From: Candidatus Uhrbacteria bacterium
GTDB lineage: Bacteria > Patescibacteriota > Patescibacteriia > UBA9934 > GWF2-40-263
DNA length: 64,000 bases
Direction: 5' to 3'
NCBI GenBank assembly: GCA_016844925.1
Contig: JAERTI010000038.1
Coordinates: 130,936 to 194,935 of the forward strand
Shown: positions 1 through 7,439 of the stretch, one piece after another
Layout of the letters: every line of letters begins with the position of its first letter
Numbering within the stretch: position 1 is the first letter of the stretch
Position numbers and translations under genes: made by a program
Notes under the pieces: model-generated
What the model saw: only the letters and a program-made list of their open reading frames with translations
Database searches by the model: none
Told to the model about the DNA's origin: nothing

Positions 1-494
1 CCTCTAGTCCTCAGGATCCGTTTGCTAAAGAGCTTTCAGATTTTGAAAAAGGATGGGCAACGCATTTGCTTTACGATCGATTGGGGCATCCTTACTACTT
101 CGCTTTGGATTCGTATGAGGAAAGTGAGGTTGCTCAGGGAAATCATGTTTGGCAATTTATTTCTGCGGCGAAGGTGGTTGAAGATATGTTGAGTTATAAG
201 AAGGTGGGGGAGCTTGCGAAAGTCATGTTCTCGATCACGTTCCCCGTTCATCCAAATGACGAAGACTTAGCTGTCATGAAAAGGTATTCAGCGATACAAA
301 AGGATCTCTATCAGCAAGAGCCGGGTTTGAATGAGTACCGAAACTTTTGGTTGGAGCTCAGTGATGACGAAACTGTTATCAATCCAGTTATAAATCACAC
401 CAAAAGGCTGTTTGACGACGAGGAAATGAGAGAGAAGATTGATGCGATTTATCCGAGTGTTTTGCAGGAGGTAATGGAGATGGTGAATCGGTAA
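1..494 (+). CDS. hypothetical protein. The reading frame is open to the window start with no in-frame ATG before a TTG at 66, so it is probably 5'-partial.
   Basis: ORF track 66..494 (TTG start). The frame is open upstream to position 3. There is no motif I recognise. Confidence 0.4.
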   Translation, partial: SSPQDPFAKELSDFEKGWATHLLYDRLGHPYYFALDSYEESEVAQGNHVWQFISAAKVVEDMLSYKKVGELAKVMFSITFPVHPNDEDLAVMKRYSAIQKDLYQQEPGLNEYRNFWLELSDDETVINPVINHTKRLFDDEEMREKIDAIYPSVLQEVMEMVNR

Positions 495-688
495 GGTTAT
501 CCACAAATAAAAACTGTATTCATATGAGTCCCGGTTTAAGGGGCTTTTTTAGTGGTCGACAGTGGGGGAGTTTGATTGACCTGTGTCATATGGTGGGGTA
601 TGATGGGTGTGAGTGGAGGAAAGTGGGGATCGATCGGGTAACCGATTGGTGCTCGCTTTTATTTAACTCCCACTCCAACGACCCTCAT

Positions 689-1120
689 GTGTTTATAGGC
701 GAGTATAAACATTCTGTCGACGAAAAAGGACGTCTTGCGATACCAAAAAAGTTTCGCAAGGATCTTGCTAAGGGGGCCGTTGTTACGCGAGGTCTAGATA
801 CGTCCCTGTTCCTGTTTCCCAAGGAGGAGTGGGGTAAGCTTGCGCAAAAGCTTGCCGGTTTGCCCCTGGGACAGTCCAATTCACGTGCGTTCGCCCGACT
901 CATGCTTGCGGGTGCCATGGACGTGACCCTGGATAAGCAGGGCAGGGTCGTACTTCCGGAATATCTCCGGAAGTACGCCTCGCTCAAGAAGTCTGTCGTT
1001 GTTGCAGGTCTTTGGGGACGCATCGAAATTTGGGATGAAGACACTTGGAATGCGTACAAAAAGAAGCTGGAGGGCGATGCAGAGGCAGTTGCTGAGCAGC
1101 TCGGTGAGCTCGGCGTTTAA
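689..1120 (+). CDS. mraZ: transcriptional regulator MraZ
   Basis: Translation from the GTG at 689 starts VFIGEYKHSVDEKGRLAIPKKFR, the typical MraZ N-terminus. There are duplicated SpoVT/AbrB-like halves. The gene is followed by rsmH, which is the canonical dcw head. The upstream extension of the ORF track (from 524) has no conservation. Confidence 0.85.
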   Translation: MFIGEYKHSVDEKGRLAIPKKFRKDLAKGAVVTRGLDTSLFLFPKEEWGKLAQKLAGLPLGQSNSRAFARLMLAGAMDVTLDKQGRVVLPEYLRKYASLKKSVVVAGLWGRIEIWDEDTWNAYKKKLEGDAEAVAEQLGELGV

Positions 1121-1227
1121 TTCACCTATGGTTTCGAAGTCGAGGTTTGGAGTTCTTTTCTGGGTTTACTGAACCTTTTCCCTGAAAAGTGACTCCAGTC
1201 CTCGGCTATAGAGGAGGAAGTGCTCTT

Positions 1228-2094
1228 ATGGAACACAAACCCGTCCTTCTCAATGAGGTGAGCGAATACCTCAAACCGGAGCCGAACCATCTTTTTATAG
1301 ACGGCACTGTGGGGCTGGGAGGTCACGCGCAGGTTCTCTTGCAGCGTGTCCTTCCTGGCGGCCGTCTCTTAGGCATCGACCGGGATGCCGACAATCTTGA
1401 GACAGCGCGTAAGCGTCTTTCGGGATTTGGCGATCATGTAGTGCTTGTCCGTGATACATACGCCAACATAAAGACCCACGCCTATGATCATCAATTTAAT
1501 CCTGTTGATTCGATCCTCCTTGACCTCGGGTTTTCGTCTGTTCATGTTGACGATGCCGAGCGGGGATTCTCCTTTCGAAAAGCAGGACCGCTAGATATGC
1601 GGTATGACCGCTCGCAACCCCTCACGGCACAGCAGATCGTGAATGAGTGGTCAGAAGATGATCTTGCGCGGATTTTCCGGCAATACGGCGAAGAACGCTT
1701 CGCACGACAGATCGCTGAAGCGATCGTCACAGCTCGGGCTCAAACACCTTTTACTAGCACGACAGAACTTGCTGCTCTGGTCGCACGTATTCTGCGACAC
1801 CGCGGCAAGACCCATCCTGCTACAAAAATTTTTCAAGCCCTCCGCATAGCTGTGAACGACGAATTTGGCGAATTGGAACGTGCACTTCCAGAGTGTGTGA
1901 ACCTGCTGCGTAGCGGCGGTCGTCTTGCCATCATTAGCTTCCACTCCCTTGAGGATCGGATTATTAAGCAGTTTTTCAAAACGCATCCGGCCCTCAAGGT
2001 GGTGACGAAGCGCCCGGTAACAGCTTCCCAAGAAGAAGTGAAAGAAAACCCCCGCGCGCGGAGCGCTAAGCTCCGCGTCGCGGAGAAAATCTAA
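1228..2094 (+). CDS. rsmH: 16S rRNA (cytosine1402-N4)-methyltransferase RsmH (MraW)
   Basis: MEHKPVLLNEVSEYL...IDGTVGLGGHAQ...LLGIDRD is the RsmH signature. An AGGAGG SD lies 8 nt before the ATG at 1228. The ORF-track start at 1189 lacks an SD. Confidence 0.9.
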   Translation: MEHKPVLLNEVSEYLKPEPNHLFIDGTVGLGGHAQVLLQRVLPGGRLLGIDRDADNLETARKRLSGFGDHVVLVRDTYANIKTHAYDHQFNPVDSILLDLGFSSVHVDDAERGFSFRKAGPLDMRYDRSQPLTAQQIVNEWSEDDLARIFRQYGEERFARQIAEAIVTARAQTPFTSTTELAALVARILRHRGKTHPATKIFQALRIAVNDEFGELERALPECVNLLRSGGRLAIISFHSLEDRIIKQFFKTHPALKVVTKRPVTASQEEVKENPRARSAKLRVAEKI

Positions 2095-2122
2095 CTATTG
2101 TAGACAACCCCACTGTCTCGTT

Positions 2123-2491
2123 ATGTCGACCTCAGTCGCACAATCTGTTGTTTCTGTCGCTCCAGATCGTTTTTCTCGAAAGGTATCTGTTAAGCAGTTT
2201 CTCTCAAAAAACATCGTTGCGTTGAATATTGGATCATTAGCTCTCGTAGGGATACTCATGTTCTCGTATATCGTTCAGGTGAACGTTACGATGACCAAGG
2301 GATATCAGATGCGAGATTTGGAAACTCAACTGCATGAACTTGCACTGGAGAATCAGCAGCTGGAACTCGCTGCACGTGAAGCGCAATCTCTTGAGCATGT
2401 TTCTCATGCGATAAAAATGCTCGGGTTTGAAAAAGCAGAAATGCCAACGTACATTGGGGCCAGCGCTCCAAGCTACGCATTGGCTGAGTAA
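2123..2491 (+). CDS. ftsL: cell division protein FtsL-like (single N-terminal TM helix plus coiled coil)
   Basis: The position immediately after rsmH fits ftsL. The protein has a hydrophobic helix (IGSLALVGILMFSYIV) followed by a leucine-rich coiled coil (LETQLHELALENQQLELAARE), which is the FtsL architecture. Confidence 0.65.
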   Translation: MSTSVAQSVVSVAPDRFSRKVSVKQFLSKNIVALNIGSLALVGILMFSYIVQVNVTMTKGYQMRDLETQLHELALENQQLELAAREAQSLEHVSHAIKMLGFEKAEMPTYIGASAPSYALAE

Positions 2492-2552
2492 TTCCAAAAC
2501 GGCAGATGCCGTTTTTTGGTTTGGGTGATATACTGAGGCTATACAAGGAGGT

Positions 2553-3113
2553 ATGTTGCAAACTGCAGTCTTTGACAAAGAAGTCGCCGTTGAGGCACTG
2601 ACGAATGTAAATTGGCTTCAGCCGAGCTGGGACCTATTCATCGTCCTGTTTTTTATTGTCGCCTCACTCATTTATGGAATCTCTCTTGGGCGTGACAGAA
2701 TCATTGTTATTCTCGTGGCGATTTACATGTCGCTCGCCATCGTGAATTACATTCCGTTCCTTTCTAGTTTCAATGCAAACATTTCAGTGAACGACGCGTT
2801 TGCGTTGAGAGTGTCGGTATTCCTTGGAGTATTCATTGTCTTATTTTTCTTTCTGGCACATTCGGCTCTTATACGGACACTCGGTCACGGGTCGACACAG
2901 GGAAAACTTTGGCAGGTCATGATTTTTTCATTCTTACATGTTGGACTCTTGATCTCTGTCACGCTCTCATTTTTTCCATCAGAACTGGCTGGGGTACTGT
3001 CTCCTTTTACAAGAATGTTTTTCGTGAGTGATATTGCACGTGCTATCTGGGTTCTTTTGCCCGTGGTTGTGATGGCTATATTCGGTGGGCACAATGATGA
3101 TGGATATCGCTAG
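2553..3113 (+). CDS. polytopic membrane protein, unknown function
   Basis: There are 5-6 predicted hydrophobic helices. It sits where ftsI would be expected. No recognisable motif. Confidence 0.5.
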   Translation: MLQTAVFDKEVAVEALTNVNWLQPSWDLFIVLFFIVASLIYGISLGRDRIIVILVAIYMSLAIVNYIPFLSSFNANISVNDAFALRVSVFLGVFIVLFFFLAHSALIRTLGHGSTQGKLWQVMIFSFLHVGLLISVTLSFFPSELAGVLSPFTRMFFVSDIARAIWVLLPVVVMAIFGGHNDDGYR

Positions 3114-3142
3114 CGTTACAGATTAAGTGACACTGTGTATAG

Positions 3143-3655
3143 TTGGCGCGACAGACATCCAAATACATGGAAAAACGCGCATTTGAACAATTTTATAAGG
3201 ATAATATTGATCGTATCTACAGATACGTCTTTTTTCGTGTTGGGCATAACGAGGACGTTACGCAGGATTTGGTGTCAGAGATTTTCATGAAGGCTCTTCG
3301 GAACTTTCATAAGTATGATCCGGAGATATCGAAGTCTGCTTGGATTTATCGTATTGCCCATAACCACTTAGCAAACTACTTCCGAGATAAGAAGCCACAA
3401 GTTGATGTCGATGACGTGAAGTACTCTCTGGTGGGTGAGGATGGACGTGAGACGCTTGTTCAGACCGAAGAGCAGCTTCAATTGGAAGAAGCTCTGGATC
3501 AGTTAGACCAAGATGATCGACAGCTCGTAACGCTTAAATACATTCAGGGGTACTCGTATAAGGAGATGGCGGAGATGATTGATAAAACGTCGGATGCGCT
3601 GAAAGTTGCCACTCATAGGGCCGTAAAAAAACTCAGGGGGATCATGAAGGATTAA
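3143..3655 (+). CDS. RNA polymerase sigma-70 family ECF sigma factor
   Basis: Region 2 (RIYRYVFFRVGHNEDVTQDLVSEIFMKALRNFHKYDP...WIYRIAHNHLANYFR) and region 4 (LVTLKYIQGYSYKEMAEMIDKTSDALKVATHRAVKKLR) are the classic ECF sigma layout. Confidence 0.85.
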   Translation: MARQTSKYMEKRAFEQFYKDNIDRIYRYVFFRVGHNEDVTQDLVSEIFMKALRNFHKYDPEISKSAWIYRIAHNHLANYFRDKKPQVDVDDVKYSLVGEDGRETLVQTEEQLQLEEALDQLDQDDRQLVTLKYIQGYSYKEMAEMIDKTSDALKVATHRAVKKLRGIMKD

Positions 3656-3657
3656 CT

Positions 3658-4323
3658 ATGTTTTCACTTAAGCGACAATTAAAGAAGTTCGCTGGGCGCT
3701 CGCGAGCGCCGAAGGATTTTCGATCACAGCTCTGGTCCAAGCTTTCTGATGCGATGGATGAGGAATTTGCAGAGGTGCCCTTATGTTCGCATCGATTTAG
3801 GTTTGCCTCGGCTGGATTGCTCGCAATCGTTCTCATGACAACAATGGGAACAGGTGTTTATGCGTATGAGAGTCCAGAGGTTGTTGAAGGACATGTTTTA
3901 CATCCTGTGAAATCTGGAATCGAAAATGTTCAGCAAGTGTTTGCTCGATCACCAGAGGCCCGAGCAAGGTTTCACTCTGAAATGATGTCTCGACGTCTTG
4001 GTGAGGGAGAGCGTCACCTTCTCGGAAAACCGGAACATGTAGAGACTGTGCTGGAAAAGGCAGCGACACATCTTGAACTGAGTGTGTCAGAGCTTGAAGG
4101 AGCTTTAAGTGATGAAAACGTTCGTGCAGAATTGATCGAACAGCTTTCGCTGCACAATGCGCGTTACGCTGAGCTAGCTGCGCGTGTATTGGATGATGAG
4201 AGAGAGGTCGGGGACCTGCCGCCACTTCGTATGCGCATCGAAGGAGGGGGGCTCTCTGAAGAAGAACACACACGACTGTTCGAGATCATGCGCCGCGGTC
4301 GCGGGATGGAGAACAGTCAATAA
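3658..4323 (+). CDS. putative anti-sigma factor (short cytoplasmic N-terminus, one TM helix, extracytoplasmic domain)
   Basis: It starts 3 nt after the ECF sigma stop. The N-terminal ~50 aa are cytoplasmic, followed by a TM helix (ASAGLLAIVLMTTMGTGVYAY), which is the typical anti-sigma topology. The assignment is by context only. Confidence 0.5.
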   Translation: MFSLKRQLKKFAGRSRAPKDFRSQLWSKLSDAMDEEFAEVPLCSHRFRFASAGLLAIVLMTTMGTGVYAYESPEVVEGHVLHPVKSGIENVQQVFARSPEARARFHSEMMSRRLGEGERHLLGKPEHVETVLEKAATHLELSVSELEGALSDENVRAELIEQLSLHNARYAELAARVLDDEREVGDLPPLRMRIEGGGLSEEEHTRLFEIMRRGRGMENSQ

Positions 4324-4338
4324 TCCATCAAATCCATT

Positions 4339-5064
4339 ATGTCTAAAACAATTTCAGTACGATCAATTCTTTCCGTAGCTGTTGTGGCACTTATTGCTGC
4401 AGTAGTTATGCCGGCACTTAGCGTTTCTGCTTCTGATGGTGGAACGGGATTCGGCGAGGACAGAGAGAGGCCACGACATCGTCCAGGTGTTCCTGTAGAA
4501 GTCGTTTCAGTGGGAGAGGACGTTATCGAGGTAACGTTAGCAGCGGTTCCTGGAAAAATTGCCGACGAGCATGACATTCAGGCTGGTGCAGAGATTACGG
4601 TAAACGTAAGTGAAGAAACGGTTTACAAGCTCGACGGTGGAGAGGGAAGTCTGACAGATCTTGAGGCAGGAGAGAAGATTTATGTGATCGGACGTATCGA
4701 CTTTGAAACATTAAGCGTTGATGCACGATTGATTACAGACAAGCAAAAGAAACCATTCCGCGTCGGTGAAGTTGTGGAGGTTGATACCGATGCCAACACA
4801 ATCTTGGTAACGGGACCAAATCTGGAGGAAGGTGAATACATTCTCATTACGTACGATGATGAGACTCAGGTCAATCAGGATGGTGAAGCAGCCGACGAAG
4901 GTGCAATCAGTGTTGGTGACAAGATCCATGTTCGAGGAGAGGTGAATCTTGAGTCTGAGGATTATAAGGTAGAGATTTCTGCCGATGGGATCCAGCTCTG
5001 GGAAGAGACGATGCCAAAACCGCATCCAAACCACTTCCGTGGAGGTATGCACAACGAAGCATAA
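4339..5064 (+). CDS. secreted hypothetical protein (signal peptide)
   Basis: N-terminal signal-like segment SILSVAVVALIAAVVMPALSVSASDGG. It is cotranscribed with the sigma/anti-sigma pair. No known motif. Confidence 0.55.
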   Translation: MSKTISVRSILSVAVVALIAAVVMPALSVSASDGGTGFGEDRERPRHRPGVPVEVVSVGEDVIEVTLAAVPGKIADEHDIQAGAEITVNVSEETVYKLDGGEGSLTDLEAGEKIYVIGRIDFETLSVDARLITDKQKKPFRVGEVVEVDTDANTILVTGPNLEEGEYILITYDDETQVNQDGEAADEGAISVGDKIHVRGEVNLESEDYKVEISADGIQLWEETMPKPHPNHFRGGMHNEA

Positions 5065-5071
5065 GAGAAAA

Positions 5072-5098
5072 ACAGCCCGATAGGGCTGTTTTTGTTTG
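5072..5098 (+). terminator. rho-independent terminator
   Basis: Hairpin cagcccgatagggctg followed by the T-run tttttgttt. Confidence 0.7.
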
Positions 5099-5156
5099 AG
5101 AGGAAAAGAAAACCGACCAGCGTAAAGGTCGGGGTGTGTCGGGGGTCCGACGGTTA

Positions 5157-5327
5157 CTAGAAACCGTTGATGAGCGGGAGCGGCGGCTCGGTGACGTCTC
5201 CCGTGGGGAGGATTCCTGCGCAGACAAGGGCGCTCCACAGGATGAAGCCCAGCATGAGCAGGATGCTCACGCGCATGACCCATTCCCAGGCGGACGGTGG
5301 TTCGTCGTTTTGTCGATGTCGTTCCAT
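5157..5327 (-). CDS. candidate small membrane protein (~56 aa)
   Basis: Minus-strand ORF with an ATG at 5325-5327. A GGAGG sequence sits 3-4 nt upstream on the minus strand. There is one hydrophobic helix (VSILLMLGFILWSALVCAGIL). It lies in a GC-rich patch upstream of cysS, which appears leaderless. Confidence 0.25.
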   Translation of the reverse strand: MERHRQNDEPPSAWEWVMRVSILLMLGFILWSALVCAGILPTGDVTEPPLPLINGF

Positions 5328-5433
5328 TCGACCTCCAGGCAATGAGACTATGGGGATTTCTTCGAGGTGTCAACAGTTCCCAAGTACTTTGCGTCGACCT
5401 GAGGGTCGATTGTTTGTTATACTCACACTCGAT

Positions 5434-6807
5434 ATGAACATTCGACTCTACAACACGCTTACGCGTCAGAAGGAGGATTTTAAGCCTATTCATGAGGGGA
5501 AAGCGGGGATCTATGCCTGTGGGCCGACAGTGTATTGGTTTGCTCATGTTGGTAATTTCCGATCGTTTATTTTTTCAGACATCCTTCGTCGAACGCTTGT
5601 TCACTGCGGGTTGGACGTGACGTTTGTTATGAACATCACAGATGTAGGTCATCTCACAGACGATGCGAGTGATGGGGAAGACAAGATGATTGTTGCCATG
5701 AAGCGAGAAGGGAAGACGGCGTATGAGATTGCTGAGTTCTATACGCAGGAATTTTTGAAAGATGTCGAGCGGTTGAATATTTTGTCTGCTGATGTGTACC
5801 CACGTGCGACGGAACATATTCAGGAGCAGATCGATATGGTCGTAGCGTTGGAGAAGAATGGTTACACGTACAAGACGAGTGATGGCATTTATTTCGACAC
5901 GTCGAAACTAAACGACTACGGACGCCTTAGCGGGCAGAGTGCTGAGGAAAAGATGGCGGGTGCTCGGATCGACATGGGGGAGAAAAAGAATCCAACAGAC
6001 TTCGCACTCTGGAAGTTTTCACCGACGGATGCGCAGCGGGATATGGAGTGGGAGTCGCCATGGGGGAAGGGTTTTCCTGGTTGGCACATCGAGTGTTCAG
6101 CGATGTCGGCGAAGTATCTCGATGTTCCGTTTGATATTCATACCGGCGGTATTGATCACATTGCTGTTCATCATGAAAATGAACTTGCTCAGACAAAAGG
6201 GGCTGCCAATGAGCTTCAGGCAAATATTTGGATGCATGGGGAGTTTCTCGCGGTAGACGGCGGGAAAATGAGTAAGTCGCTTGGGAATCTGTATACGGTC
6301 GATGATCTGATCGAGAAGGGCTATGACCCATTGGCTCTACGGTATCTGATGTTAGGAGCACATTATCGAACAAAGCTTAACTTCACATTTGAAGCGCTCA
6401 CAGCGGCTCAGAATGCCCTACATCGGTTGCGAGAGACGGTGCGGAGTTGGGAGAAGCCGGAGGGGCGTTGTGTGGAGCTTGAAGAGCGTTTTAGTGAAGC
6501 GTTAGCGGATGATTTAAACACCCCTCAGGCCCTAGCGGTTCTGTGGGAGCTGATTGATGGGGATCATCAATCTGGAGCAAAAGCACAGACGCTTCTGAGC
6601 TTTGATGAGGTTCTTGGGTTGGGGTTACAGGAGTATGTAGGTGTCCCTCTCGACATTCCTGCACAAGTGCAGGCTCTGGTGGATCAGCGCAAGACGGCTC
6701 GAGCGGAAAAAGACTGGGCGCTCTCGGATGAATTGCGCGATAAGGTGATTGAACTTGGCTATGTCGTTGAAGATACGGAGCAGGGTCAGGTTGTGAAAAA
6801 AGGATAG
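5434..6807 (+). CDS. cysS: cysteine--tRNA ligase
   Basis: The translation starts MNIRLYNTLTRQKEDF...YACGPTVYWFAHVGN (HIGH-type motif), continues ...FDIHTGGIDH, and contains KMSKSLGN. The ORF-track N-extension from 5167 is not conserved. The motif TGtTATACT lies 7 nt before the ATG (extended -10). Confidence 0.92.
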   Translation: MNIRLYNTLTRQKEDFKPIHEGKAGIYACGPTVYWFAHVGNFRSFIFSDILRRTLVHCGLDVTFVMNITDVGHLTDDASDGEDKMIVAMKREGKTAYEIAEFYTQEFLKDVERLNILSADVYPRATEHIQEQIDMVVALEKNGYTYKTSDGIYFDTSKLNDYGRLSGQSAEEKMAGARIDMGEKKNPTDFALWKFSPTDAQRDMEWESPWGKGFPGWHIECSAMSAKYLDVPFDIHTGGIDHIAVHHENELAQTKGAANELQANIWMHGEFLAVDGGKMSKSLGNLYTVDDLIEKGYDPLALRYLMLGAHYRTKLNFTFEALTAAQNALHRLRETVRSWEKPEGRCVELEERFSEALADDLNTPQALAVLWELIDGDHQSGAKAQTLLSFDEVLGLGLQEYVGVPLDIPAQVQALVDQRKTARAEKDWALSDELRDKVIELGYVVEDTEQGQVVKKG

Positions 6808-6869
6808 AAACAAGACCGCAGGTTTATCCCCTGTGGTCTTTTGTTTTTGTGGTAAAATTGCTTTGGAAT

Positions 6870-7439
6870 ATGCCTGACCCAAACCGCGCAGAAGAAAAAG
6901 AAGCTCCGATAAAAACGGAGCAGATTTCGGCACCTGAACAAGTACGAGAAGTTCCGGCAGCACCTGAGGTTACCCCTGAGGCAGTTTCGGCTATTGAAGC
7001 TGAACCGACTGTAGAGGCGGCACCAGAACGTGAGCCTGAGCCAGAAGAGAAGGCGGTCGAAAAAGTGACCGAAGCACCTGTTGTTCAAGAGCCTGTCACC
7101 ACACCCGTTGTGGCTCCGGCACCTGCACCTCAGAAAGATCGTCTAGAAAAAGAAATCGAGGCGATTATGGAAGAGGATCTGATGGATCTCTATCTAAAGC
7201 TTCCGCCAGATAAGCAGCAGGCGTTCAAGCTCAAGGGTGAAGAAACGCTCGGAAAGATTCGGCAGCTTGTGACAGCTTCAAAGATTAACGCGAAGAAGAT
7301 TTTCTCTTTGATTCGCGATTGGTTGAAGATGGTTCCTGGAGTGAACAAGTTTTTTCTTGCTCAGGAAGCCAAGATCAAAACAGATAAGATTCTCCTTGTG
7401 ACGGAGGAAGAAAAGAAACGCGCACAAGACGAACTGTGA
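6870..7439 (+). CDS. Pro/Glu/Ala-rich hypothetical protein with a conserved-looking C-terminal domain
   Basis: The N-terminal half is low-complexity PE/A-rich (APEVTPEAVSAIEAEPTVEAAPEREPEPEE). The C-terminal ~90 aa are non-repetitive. Its stop overlaps the start of the next gene (ATGA). The start is uncertain (ATG at 6870, or TTG at 6849). Confidence 0.5.
   Translation: MPDPNRAEEKEAPIKTEQISAPEQVREVPAAPEVTPEAVSAIEAEPTVEAAPEREPEPEEKAVEKVTEAPVVQEPVTTPVVAPAPAPQKDRLEKEIEAIMEEDLMDLYLKLPPDKQQAFKLKGEETLGKIRQLVTASKINAKKIFSLIRDWLKMVPGVNKFFLAQEAKIKTDKILLVTEEEKKRAQDEL

Noticed and set aside
36-506. Minus-strand ORFs 36..251 and 288..506 overlapping the first plus-strand gene
   Set aside because: They lie entirely antisense within a longer plus-strand ORF and have no SD or motif.
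1189-1227. Alternative rsmH start at 1189
   Set aside because: An AGGAGG SD is positioned correctly for the ATG at 1228, and MEHKPVLL matches the conserved RsmH N-terminus.
5167-5433. ORF-track N-terminal extension of cysS (546 aa)
   Set aside because: The conserved CysRS N-terminus begins at MNIRLYN (5434). The upstream translation is low-complexity, GC-driven and has no SD.
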